32,000 bases of DNA from NCBI RefSeq assembly GCF_000020025.1, contig NC_010628.1, positions 4,350,001 through 4,382,000 on the forward strand, read 5' to 3'. Of the stretch, positions 16,392-25,382 are shown one piece after another (the stretch's first letter is position 1; every line of letters begins with the position of its first letter). Under the pieces are notes generated by a model. The model worked only from the letters and a program-made list of their open reading frames with translations, ran no database searches and was not told the DNA's origin. This stretch comes from Nostoc punctiforme PCC 73102 (lineage in GTDB: Bacteria > Cyanobacteriota > Cyanobacteriia > Cyanobacteriales > Nostocaceae). The position numbers and the translations under genes are program-made.

Positions 16392-19166
16392 ATGAGTCGA
16401 GACGCTTTGGTGGTGGGAATTAATACGTATGACTGCTTAAAGAGTCTCAACGCACCAGCTGCCGATGGTGAAGCGATCGCTCAAATCTTACAACAATATG
16501 GTGAATTTCGGGTAACGCGGCTCCCAGCAGTCAAAGACAAGGAAAATGAGACGATTCGCATTGGTAAGCAAACTAAAGTTAGTTTAACTCAGTTAGAAAG
16601 AGCGATCGTCCAATTATTTAAACCAGATGGGAAGCCACCAGACACAGCGTTGCTGTATTTTTCTGGTCATGGGTTACGGAAAAATTTAGGAATTCAGGAA
16701 GGTTTTTTAGCAACGAGTGAAGTCAACCCCGATGCGGGTAATTGGGGATTATCTTTGCAATGGCTGCGGCGACTGCTGCAAGAAAGTGAGGTAAGACAAC
16801 AAATTGTAATTTTGGATTGCTGCTATAGCGGAGAGGTGCTAAATTTTGCAGAGGCAGATCCAGGCGATCGGGGTAAAGGTAGAGACAGGTGTTTTATTGC
16901 GGCTTCTCGTGATTTTGAAGTAGCTTTTGAAGAGATTAACAGCCAACACAGCGTCCTAACCGCCGCACTGCTGAAAGGTTTGGAACCAAAACAAGACCGT
17001 TGGGTAAGTAACTACACTTTAGTAGACTTGCTCAATCAAGAACATCACCCGTTCCCGCAGCGTCCCATTTTTGCTAACTCTGGTGAAGCAATTAATCTCA
17101 CCCGCAAATGGAATTCCTCTCCTGTTAACTCCACAGTACAAGTATCAGCTATTTGTCCTTACAAAGGCTTGTCTTATTTTGATTGCACAGAAGCAGATGC
17201 CAACTTATTTTATGGCAGAACAGCGTTAACCGACGAATTATTAGAAAAAGTGCGATCGGGTAATTTCCTCGCTGTGTTGGGAGCATCAGGAAGTGGCAAA
17301 TCTAGTGTTGTCAGAGCCGGTTTACTTTATCAATTAAAGTTAGGACATAGGTTATCAGGTAGCGATACTTGGCAGTTAAAAATATTTCGACCAGGGATTA
17401 ACCCCTTACAAAATTTAGCACTGGCATTTGTAGAATCAGAATTATCAGATATTGACCGAGCCTCACAGTTAGCGAAAGCTGAAGAATTAATAGCTAGAGG
17501 TGCAGTTGGTTTAGGACAGTTGATTACTGCTGCACAAACTCAGCGCTTAGTGCTAGTGGTAGACCAATTTGAGGAAGCTTTTACTCAATGTCAAGACATT
17601 ACAAAACGACAGCAGTTTTTTGAATGTGTGCTAGGTGCTTTGCAACGGGATGACAAGAAACTCTGCTTAATAATTACAATGCGGGCTGATTTTTTTAGTA
17701 AATGTCTGGAACAAGAGTATGGCGGACTTGCTAAGAAAATTCAAGAGCATTTAGTAACAGTAACACCGATGAATCGGGAGGAATTAGAAACAGCAATTAT
17801 CAAACCTGCCCAACAGGTGAACTTAGCAGTAGAACCGGAATTAGTTTCTCAGATGATTGCAGATGTAAAAAATTCACCGGGGAGTTTACCGTTGTTGCAA
17901 TACACGCTGACAGAACTATGGCAGCAAAGAACCGAAGAACGGTTAACCTTGACTACCTATAGCAAACTAGGTGGAGTCAGGGGAACCCTGCAAACACGCG
18001 CTACAGAAGTTTATGAGTCATTATCACTTGAGGAACAGCAAGCAACAAAGCGGATTTTTTTAGAATTGACGCAGTTGGGAGAAGGAACAGAAGATACACG
18101 CAGACAGGTTGTGCAACGAGATTTAGTTACTTCCCAGTATCCAGAAATTGTGATTCATAGAATAATTCAACGGTTAGCTGATGAAAAGCTAGTTGTTACC
18201 AGTACCTTATCTAATCAAATTGCTGTGGTAGATGTGGCACATGAAGCACTGATTCGCCATTGGCCGCTATTACGCAAATGGATTGAGGAAAGTCGGGACA
18301 TACTGCGACAAAAGCGGAAAATTGAAGCGGCAGCTATTGAATGGCGATATAGGCGAAGAGTTAAGGATTATCTCTTTCAGGGGAAGCGGTTAAGAGAAGT
18401 AGAAGATTTTCAGAAGCAACAAACTGAGAACTTAAGATTATCTGACCTAGCTATTGAGTTTATTCAAGCAAGTGTCAGACAAAGACGGAATAATCGCTTT
18501 CGGTCAATTGCTTTTTTCTTAATTATCCCACTGGGTTTATCAGTATATGTGGGCATAGTTATTGAGAAACCGATTAGGATAAACCAGCTTTGGCAAACTG
18601 TTGATGCTGCTAGAGAAAAGAGGGATAGTCAGGCAAGAATTCAAGCACTTGAAAAACTAGTCCAAGCTGGTGAGAGTCTAGCTAATAAAGATTTCAGCAA
18701 TGCCAACCTCAGCGATGCCAACCTCGAGAATGCCAACCTCAGCGATGCCAACCTCGAGAATGCCAACCTCAGCGATGCCAACCTCGAGAATGCCAACCTC
18801 AGCGATGCCAACCTTAGCGGTGCAACCCTCTGGAGTGTAAACCTCATCGGTGCAAACCTCAGTAATGCTGAACTTGGCCAGGGTTTCCTTAGCTTTGACC
18901 GCTTCCTCAGTCGTAGTTCCGACCTCAGCAATTCCAACCTCAGCAATGCCAACCTCGAGGATGCCAACCTCGTCAATGTGAACTTCAGCGGTGCCAACCT
19001 CAAGGGTGCAAACCTCTGGCGTGCAAACCTCTCGGGTGCCGACTTTAGGGGTGCCAAAAACCTGACTCCTGATCAATTTAAACTCACTGATTTTAGGTCG
19101 CAGTCTGCGAGATATGACAAGGATTTTCGTGCCAAGCTCGGTTTACCACCAGAACCAGCTAAGTGA
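16392..19166 (+). CDS. Caspase-like (peptidase C14) + STAND P-loop NTPase (nSTAND1/NACHT-like) + single TM helix + pentapeptide-repeat protein
   Basis: His-Cys dyad: YFSGHG (His93, nt 16668-16670) and ILDCCYSG (Cys144, nt 16821-16823). CPYKGLSYF...FYGR precedes Walker A GASGSGKS (nt 17280-17303). Walker B is LVLVVDQFEE. HEALIRHWPLLRKW follows. The TM helix is IAFFLIIPLGLSVYVGIVI (nt 18507-18563), preceded by RQRRNNRFR. A(N/D)LSx pentapeptides occupy nt ~18687-19061. Confidence 0.9.
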   Translation: MSRDALVVGINTYDCLKSLNAPAADGEAIAQILQQYGEFRVTRLPAVKDKENETIRIGKQTKVSLTQLERAIVQLFKPDGKPPDTALLYFSGHGLRKNLGIQEGFLATSEVNPDAGNWGLSLQWLRRLLQESEVRQQIVILDCCYSGEVLNFAEADPGDRGKGRDRCFIAASRDFEVAFEEINSQHSVLTAALLKGLEPKQDRWVSNYTLVDLLNQEHHPFPQRPIFANSGEAINLTRKWNSSPVNSTVQVSAICPYKGLSYFDCTEADANLFYGRTALTDELLEKVRSGNFLAVLGASGSGKSSVVRAGLLYQLKLGHRLSGSDTWQLKIFRPGINPLQNLALAFVESELSDIDRASQLAKAEELIARGAVGLGQLITAAQTQRLVLVVDQFEEAFTQCQDITKRQQFFECVLGALQRDDKKLCLIITMRADFFSKCLEQEYGGLAKKIQEHLVTVTPMNREELETAIIKPAQQVNLAVEPELVSQMIADVKNSPGSLPLLQYTLTELWQQRTEERLTLTTYSKLGGVRGTLQTRATEVYESLSLEEQQATKRIFLELTQLGEGTEDTRRQVVQRDLVTSQYPEIVIHRIIQRLADEKLVVTSTLSNQIAVVDVAHEALIRHWPLLRKWIEESRDILRQKRKIEAAAIEWRYRRRVKDYLFQGKRLREVEDFQKQQTENLRLSDLAIEFIQASVRQRRNNRFRSIAFFLIIPLGLSVYVGIVIEKPIRINQLWQTVDAAREKRDSQARIQALEKLVQAGESLANKDFSNANLSDANLENANLSDANLENANLSDANLENANLSDANLSGATLWSVNLIGANLSNAELGQGFLSFDRFLSRSSDLSNSNLSNANLEDANLVNVNFSGANLKGANLWRANLSGADFRGAKNLTPDQFKLTDFRSQSARYDKDFRAKLGLPPEPAK
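18699..18815 (+). repeat. Perfect 30-bp tandem repeat, 3.9 copies, encoding NANLSDANLE
   Basis: aatgccaacctcagcgatgccaacctcgag starts at 18699, 18729, 18759 and 18789. Three full copies are identical at the nucleotide level. Confidence 0.95.
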
Positions 19167-19375
19167 ATACTTTGGGTTGCGTTCTTACTTCTATCCAATC
19201 CGGCAATGCAACTTTCCGCAAACTTTTTCTACATTATTATTCGACTAAAAGTACTTGTTTTGCAGTCTTCTTTGCGTCTATAGGCAAAACAAAAAGATTT
19301 ATTTGTCTAAGCGAGCAAGTTCAGAGATTGCTTTGCTGGCAATGAGTTTTTATAATTAAGCGATCGCATCGCAAC

Positions 19376-19553
19376 GAACCCTGGAGTCACTACCGCCAAC
19401 CCTGAAGCCACTACCTTCAACCCTGGAACCACTCCCGTCAACCTTGTAACCACTTCCGTCAACCCTGTAACCACTCCCGTCAACCTTGTAACCACTCCCG
19501 TCAACCTTGTAACCGCTCCCGTCAGCCCTGTAACCACTCCCGTCAACCCTGCA
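19376..19553. repeat. 21-bp tandem repeat, about 8.4 copies (caacc[c/t]tgtaaccactcccgt), bracketed by HIP1 octamers
   Basis: Unit starts are at 19397, 19418, 19439, 19460, 19481, 19502 and 19523, with degenerate ends. HIP1 sites lie at 19360-19367 and 19581-19588. The array sits between convergent genes. Confidence 0.9.
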
Positions 19554-19735
19554 TTTAATCTGAAAAAATGGCATCAAAGAGCGATCGCTATTTTTCCTTG
19601 CTAGTCATAGGTATTTCAAGCTACCGACTGAATATCTTCTAGATTATCCCAAACTTCTGCAAGCGATGTATACCGACAAGTCAACTTAACGTGAAATGGG
19701 CAGTTAGAAACCTCGTCTACACAAACTCGTGGTAT

Positions 19736-20323
19736 TTACGGAAACCACCAGTTGCTTCTATTGCTATAAAACTGAAATCGTCCAAAGCCGAGAAATTGTC
19801 CGTGGGATTTCTCGCCTACCGGGAATGCTGTTACACCTAGTAAGTAGACACCAGAAAAGCTGGGATTACTCACAGGACGCAGGGCGATTGTCACTGTTTG
19901 TCCAGGAGTGACAGGCGGATCAAAATTCACAGTAACGGTTCGTGTGTCGCGTTCGTCTGTGACTGGGCCTAGTGTTAGCCGAGATTCTTTGCGTAGGCGT
20001 AGCCCGCCGTAGGCATCGCTCTTTCCGACAAAGGCACGGGTATCATTAAGATTGTAGCGGATGTTCTCTGTTCCCTCCCTTTGTGCGATCGTTACCTTCT
20101 GGAGAGATTCTCCAGCATTTTCCGGCAGGTTGATAGTGAAATAGTAAGTTCCACCCCAAACATTCACATCTTTATAAGTAGTAGTTGCATTCACAAGTTT
20201 CGGCGGTTGGACAAAGTAGACTGTACCATCTCTAAGCTGCACCGCTTGAGTTACCGGAAGCGTTGCTCCCCCAATACCAATTGCGAACGAAAGTGTTATC
20301 CCAAATAAAGTTGCAATACGCAT
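19736..20323 (-). CDS. Secreted DUF2808-like protein (cyanobacteria-specific family)
   Basis: ATG at 20323. Signal-peptide-like N-terminus MRIATLFGITLSFAIGIGGATLPVTQA. The body (YYFTINLPENAGESLQKVTIAQ...) matches my memory of DUF2808. Confidence 0.6.
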   Translation of the reverse strand: MRIATLFGITLSFAIGIGGATLPVTQAVQLRDGTVYFVQPPKLVNATTTYKDVNVWGGTYYFTINLPENAGESLQKVTIAQREGTENIRYNLNDTRAFVGKSDAYGGLRLRKESRLTLGPVTDERDTRTVTVNFDPPVTPGQTVTIALRPVSNPSFSGVYLLGVTAFPVGEKSHGQFLGFGRFQFYSNRSNWWFP

Positions 20324-20345
20324 AATTCAAATATAAAAAACCCAC

Positions 20346-20783
20346 TCATTTCAATTTTAATTCTTTGGGAATGAGTGATTTGGGAATGATGGAAGCTTGT
20401 TTTTCCCAATCAGAAGATTTCGTGTACCACCAAGCCCAAGTAATTAAAACTGCTTGTAAGGGAAGCCTGACTACGTGTACCCAAGGTGAATTTGGTATAT
20501 GTTCAATCTTAATCAGATTAACCGCCATATTAATATTGGCAGGGTAAACAGCAATAAAAAGAGCAAGAAGTCCCCAAGCAGCAGCTTGACTTACAGGCGG
20601 GACTAATAAGCCGATACCACCCAAAATTTCATAAAAGCCACTGAGATAAACTAATCCTAAAGGGTAGGGTAGTTGTGGCGGCACAATTTTGACATATTCT
20701 CCTGGAACAACAAAGTGTGTCACCCCAACCACAATGATTGATATAGCAAGAACTACACGTAATATTTCCTTATACTTATTCAT
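20346..20783 (-). CDS. DoxX-like integral membrane protein
   Basis: 145 aa with four predicted hydrophobic helices, and the general DoxX-family look (GGIGLL..., ...YPANI...). Confidence 0.55.
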   Translation of the reverse strand: MNKYKEILRVVLAISIIVVGVTHFVVPGEYVKIVPPQLPYPLGLVYLSGFYEILGGIGLLVPPVSQAAAWGLLALFIAVYPANINMAVNLIKIEHIPNSPWVHVVRLPLQAVLITWAWWYTKSSDWEKQASIIPKSLIPKELKLK

Positions 20784-20896
20784 GGTTTTGCCTGATTATA
20801 TACTTGTCTCTATTATTTCAGTTTGATTTATAGATGTTAATCTGTCTTGAGTCAACAGGAGGAAAATCGGCAAAACTTTTCAAAATACCATTTAAT

Positions 20897-21038
20897 TAGC
20901 CCTTTCAAGCTGACTGGTAAAATCTCTTTTTTCTCTTTGTGTCCTCCGCGTCTCTGCGGTTCAAAGGTCTCTACACAGAGTAAAGAGCTTAAAGAGGAAT
21001 TTTATTGACAAAAATTTTTACCCACCTTGAAAGGGCTA
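20897..21038. mobile_element. MITE-like 142-bp element with terminal inverted repeats
   Basis: tagccctttcaag (20897-20909) is the exact reverse complement of cttgaaagggcta (21026-21038). The arms extend imperfectly (ctgactggtaaaa vs tttttacccac). The interior contains the ccgcg-tctct-gcgg mini-hairpin. Confidence 0.55.
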
Positions 21039-21127
21039 GTCCTATATATAATTAAGAGATTTATTTAATTGCCCATCATATCTTACAGATACGCGACCGG
21101 TTCTTTAATCCAATTATTCATAGAAAA

Positions 21128-23302
21128 ATGAGTGATGCTTTTAGCCGACTTTCACCCTTCATCCAAGAATATATTTATCATCATCAGTGGACTGAATTAC
21201 GACCAGTCCAAATTGCCGCTTGTAAAGTTATATTTGACACCGATGCTCATTTACTAGTTACTGCTGCAACTGCTGCCGGTAAAACAGAAGCAGCTTTTCT
21301 ACCAATTTTGACTTTATTACATACCAACCCTGCTACTACCATCGGCGCATTATATATTAGTCCAATCAAAGCTTTAATTAATGATCAATTTGAGCGCCTC
21401 AACTACTTACTCAAAGAAGCAGATATTCCAGTTTGGCACTGGCATGGTGACGTTTCTCAAAGTCGAAAAAACAAACTTTTAAATAATCCTCAAGGAATTC
21501 TACAAATTACACCAGAATCTCTAGAAAGTTTGTTAATCAACAAAAATAACGACCTCCTTCGCTTATTTGGTGATTTAAGGTTTGTCATCATTGATGAGAT
21601 TCACGCCTTTATGGGTTCAGAACGCGGCTGTCAAATTATTTGCCAATTACAACGTTTAGCAAAGTTGACGCAAAAGCAACCGCGCCGTATTGGTTTGTCA
21701 GCAACTCTTGGTGATTACTCACTAGCTGAAAATTGGTTGAGTTCAGGAACAGATAAGTCAGTGATTACACCTCAAACTGACGGCATAAAACGCCAAATCA
21801 AACTAGCTGTAGAACATTTTTATATTAGTGATGAAGTAGATGAATCAGAAGCAACAGCTTATGAAAAATATATTTTTAACCTCAGCAAATCTCGCAAATG
21901 TCTGATATTTGCTAATAATCGCACGCGTACTGAATCTGTAATTGCATCTTTGCGACAAATTGCCACAGAACAAGGACTACCAGATATATATCATGTGCAT
22001 CATGGGAGTATATCTGCTAGCTTGCGGCAAGCTGCTGAAAATGCGATGCGTGAACCCAACAATCCAGCAGTTACGGCCGCCACTCTGACTTTAGAATTAG
22101 GCATAGATATCGGTCATTTAGAGCGAGTTATTCAGTTAGAATCACCCTTATCTGTAGCTAGCTTTTTACAGCGCTTAGGACGTAGTGGCAGAAGAGGTGA
22201 AGCTGCTGATATGCGCTTTATCTGTGCTGAAGAGAAACCATTATCAGAAGCTTCTCTACCAGAGCAAATACCCTGGCAGTTGTTACAGTCTATCGCTATC
22301 ATTCAACTGTACTTAGAGGAGCAATGGATTGAACCAATTAGACCGATTAAATATCCTTTGAGTTTGCTTTATCATCAGACAATGAGTATTTTAACAGCAA
22401 CAGGAGAACTTTCACCTAATGCTTTAGCTAAACAAATTTTTAGTCTACCGCCCTTTGCTGCTATTTCCAAAGAAGATTTCCAATTATTGCTTCGTTATTT
22501 GATTGATATTGGTCATATTCAGCATACTGAGAAAGGTAAATTAATCCTGGGTTTAATAGGAGAAAAGATTGTAAGAAAATTTCAGTTTTATGCTGTCTTT
22601 GCTGAACAACAAGAATATATTGTTAAGCAAGGTGCAACGCAAATTGGCAGTATTGTCACGCCGCCTGCTGTTGGCAATCAATTTGCTTTAGCTGGGAGAA
22701 CTTGGCAAGTAGTAGAAGTTGACTTTAAAAAGAAAGCAATTTTTGTTAAACAAGCCGAGGGGAAAGCTAGTATTTATTGGCGTGGGAGTGGTGGCACTAT
22801 TCATACCAAAGTTTTACAACGAATGCAACAAGTTTTATTTGAGAATGTCGAGTACAGCTACTTGCAAAAAAATGCTTTGCAACGTTTACGTGAGGTTCGC
22901 CATTTGGCGCAGCAGGTTGGATTAGATAAACAAAATATCTTAGAATTGGAAAAAGGTAAATGCTGCATTTTTCCCTGGATGGGTACAGTTGCTTATCGCA
23001 CCTTAGAAAGATTACTAAACTCCTACTGTCGAGAATCATTGGAAATTACAAGTATTGGTGGAGTAAATCCTTATTATTTAACAGTTAAATTAGCCAAGGA
23101 TAAATTTAAACATCTTTATCCTGAAATTGCTTCATTGTGTGAGCAAAGAATTACTTCAGAAGATTTGCTCAGTACTTCAGAAGCACCGGAAATTCAAAAA
23201 TACGATCGATTTATTCCTCATCCACTTTTACGAAAAGCTTTTGCTAGCGATTCTTTAGATATGAGAGAACTCAAACAGCAAGTGTCGTTGTGGAGAGAAT
23301 AA
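21128..23302 (+). CDS. Lhr-like DExH-box (superfamily 2) helicase
   Basis: Q-motif LRPVQ, motif I AATAAGKTEAA, motif II VIIDEIH, motif III SATL, motif VI QRLGRSGRRG. An Lhr-like N-terminus (FSRLSPFIQEYI...) is followed by about 370 aa of C-terminal sequence I could not assign. Confidence 0.85.
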   Translation: MSDAFSRLSPFIQEYIYHHQWTELRPVQIAACKVIFDTDAHLLVTAATAAGKTEAAFLPILTLLHTNPATTIGALYISPIKALINDQFERLNYLLKEADIPVWHWHGDVSQSRKNKLLNNPQGILQITPESLESLLINKNNDLLRLFGDLRFVIIDEIHAFMGSERGCQIICQLQRLAKLTQKQPRRIGLSATLGDYSLAENWLSSGTDKSVITPQTDGIKRQIKLAVEHFYISDEVDESEATAYEKYIFNLSKSRKCLIFANNRTRTESVIASLRQIATEQGLPDIYHVHHGSISASLRQAAENAMREPNNPAVTAATLTLELGIDIGHLERVIQLESPLSVASFLQRLGRSGRRGEAADMRFICAEEKPLSEASLPEQIPWQLLQSIAIIQLYLEEQWIEPIRPIKYPLSLLYHQTMSILTATGELSPNALAKQIFSLPPFAAISKEDFQLLLRYLIDIGHIQHTEKGKLILGLIGEKIVRKFQFYAVFAEQQEYIVKQGATQIGSIVTPPAVGNQFALAGRTWQVVEVDFKKKAIFVKQAEGKASIYWRGSGGTIHTKVLQRMQQVLFENVEYSYLQKNALQRLREVRHLAQQVGLDKQNILELEKGKCCIFPWMGTVAYRTLERLLNSYCRESLEITSIGGVNPYYLTVKLAKDKFKHLYPEIASLCEQRITSEDLLSTSEAPEIQKYDRFIPHPLLRKAFASDSLDMRELKQQVSLWRE

Positions 23303-23362
23303 ACAATAGTAGATGCACAAATCTATGATTCCCTACTATATAGTTAGATTAGCTGAAAATTG

Positions 23363-24241
23363 CTATAATTCCTCAAAAGCATAAGTAGGTAATCCAGTAA
23401 CATCAGTTTGGAGAGCAAACAAATCACCAGAGTAGAAACTTTTTTCGATCTCTGCTTGGCTTAGTCCAACTGAAGCAGTGGTAATGTAGAGTGTTTGCAA
23501 ATCCTCGCCCCCAAAAGTACAGCTACTTGGCACTTGCACAGGTAGCTTTATCCGCAATATCTCTTCACCCTTGGGGTTGAAACGAATCACACACCATCCA
23601 TTCCACATAGCTGACCAAATATGTCCTTCACTGTCTATTGTCAACCCATCTGGGTAGAAAGATTCATGAGTTAAATCAACAAAAATCCGACGATTAGTAA
23701 TATTTCCTGTTATTGAATTAAAGTCGTAAGCATATATTTTTTGTTGATGAGAATCTGTTAAGTAAAATATTTTTCGATCGGGACTCCATCCCAGACCATT
23801 AGAAATAGTCAATCCCGTTTCCATTACATGCAATGAACCATCATTGTCATAGCGATAGAGGCTAGCCTGGGGTTTTTCCAAAGAACACATTGAACCGAAC
23901 CAAAAACGTCCTTGAGGGTCACATTTACCATCATTGAGGCGGTTATCTGGCAGATTTCCCTCAATTTCTAAAATGGGGGTAATTACACCTGTCCGGGTGT
24001 TGAGAAATGCCAGGTGATGACGCAGCGCGATAATTAATCTATCTGCACCTGCTGTTGCGATCGCACCTACTACATCTCCCACATCAAAAAACAAGTCTTT
24101 CCCTGTAGCAGGATTGAACTGATGTACACGATGGTTGTAGATATCAACCCAGTAAATTACGTTTTGGGTAGAATCCCAGATGGGGCCTTCACCCAAACGG
24201 GCACGGGCTTCTAGAACATTGTGGAGTGGATATTGTACCAT
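23363..24241 (-). CDS. SMP-30 / gluconolactonase / LRE-family beta-propeller hydrolase
   Basis: RLGEGPIWD...IYWVDI signature and the propeller-repeat character. The track start at 24247 is TTG, and the ATG is at 24241. Confidence 0.8.
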   Translation of the reverse strand: MVQYPLHNVLEARARLGEGPIWDSTQNVIYWVDIYNHRVHQFNPATGKDLFFDVGDVVGAIATAGADRLIIALRHHLAFLNTRTGVITPILEIEGNLPDNRLNDGKCDPQGRFWFGSMCSLEKPQASLYRYDNDGSLHVMETGLTISNGLGWSPDRKIFYLTDSHQQKIYAYDFNSITGNITNRRIFVDLTHESFYPDGLTIDSEGHIWSAMWNGWCVIRFNPKGEEILRIKLPVQVPSSCTFGGEDLQTLYITTASVGLSQAEIEKSFYSGDLFALQTDVTGLPTYAFEEL

Positions 24242-24353
24242 AAGCAATTAATTTAAATATTAAATTAAAGTATACATCTTTACCCAATGTCAACTCAATC
24301 TCTACTATTAAGTTCTTGGTTTAACTTATAACAAATGGATTTTATGTGTTTTA

Positions 24354-24959
24354 TCATTCTTTTGATTCTAAACCATTTTGATAATAATAATTTGGATTGA
24401 AATTTACTATAATTTTTTCTTCCAAATCATAATTACATTCCAGATACCTATCTTCATCCAAAAAATAAGCATTTTGTTTATAGCATTCCGTAATTATTAA
24501 AATAAAATCTTTAATACTTTGACAAATTACATATAAAACATCATCTTTAGGAGTCCATACAACTGATCGATCGTCTGACAAAGTTCTGACGCAATAGTAA
24601 TCACCTCCGCTACCACGTAAAAAAGGAATCATATCTGGCTGCCATCCCCAACAGTCTGGATCTTTATGTACGCTATGCAAAAGATTTATAACGCTATCTA
24701 CTTTATCAATTTCGATTAAATCGTACCCAGGAAGTAAATCTGTAGGAAAATCAAAATTATTAGGACGTTCAAAACAACATCCCTTAACACATGAATATAT
24801 AGCGATTAAATCTTCAGTAATTGGATGGGTTGTAATGCTATTCTGAATTTCATCATCGAGTAGACCTTTTTTTTAAACAGCAATGTATCCAGGTCTTTGA
24901 TTTTCGATAATTTTTAGGAGATTTATGAAATATTGTTGAATATTTTCGCGATCGTTCAT
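24354..24959 (-). pseudogene. SMI1/KNR4 (SUKH-1) immunity-type protein interrupted by an in-frame TAA
   Basis: My translation from ATG 24959 gives MNDRENIQQYFINLLKIIENQRPGYIAV*KKGLLDDEIQNSITTHPITEDLIAIYSCVKG...LLPGYDLIEIDKV...MIPFLRGSGGDYYCVRT... The stop is at 24873-24875, inside gtttaaaaaaaagg, and is in the same frame as the track ORF 24354-24680. Confidence 0.6.
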
Positions 24960-25031
24960 CTTCAAATATATCTGTACTTCACAAAATTGCAGAAAAAATA
25001 TTTACAACATATTTATAACACCTCCTCCTTT

Positions 25032-25382
25032 TTATTCAAGTTCAGGGTCTGTATACCATTTCCGAAATTCCCAGTACCATTCATTAGCTTGGTCATTTGC
25101 TTCAATCCACTCTGGTAAAGTATCTGAGTCAATATGCCAATCACTTTGCCTACTTTGGTAACGAACTATGTAACCTCTGGGTAAAATCTTCCAGTAAGTT
25201 GCTTGTCAAGGTTCCAGCATATCCCAAACCTCTGTCCCTGAAATATGAACCACGGCACATACGTAACAATCGACGTTAAGAAATTTTTCTATAAATTTGC
25301 GATCGGGACTTACTATTTCTGATACAGATATTTCACCAGGGCTACAACCAAGACGCTGCGTATAATAATGGTTCCAGTCAGG
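25032..25382 (-). pseudogene. Orphan ORF fragment with an in-frame TGA, abutting the transposase remnant
   Basis: ...HISGTEVWDMLEP*QATYWKILPRGYIVRYQSRQSDWHIDSDTLPEWIEANDQANEWYWEFRKWYTDPELE. The TGA is at 25206-25208 and the final TAA at 25032-25034. I recognise no family. Confidence 0.4.

Noticed and set aside
18641-19076. Antisense ORFs 18641-19057 and 18678-19076 opposite the pentapeptide-repeat region
   Set aside because: They are by-products of the low-complexity pentapeptide coding repeats. The sense frame has clear domain structure.
19163-19345. 60-aa ORF overlapping the stop of the caspase-STAND gene (GTGA overlap)
   Set aside because: It has a GTG start, no recognisable motif and a composition typical of intergenic sequence. 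It is probably spurious.
19376-19553. Possible CRISPR array
   Set aside because: The 21-bp units are directly adjacent with no spacers, and no cas genes are in the window. It is a simple tandem repeat.
21128-23302. Assigning the helicase to a known defence system (Hachiman, Druantia or DISARM type)
   Set aside because: None of the required partner genes is adjacent, and helicase motifs alone are insufficient for such a call.
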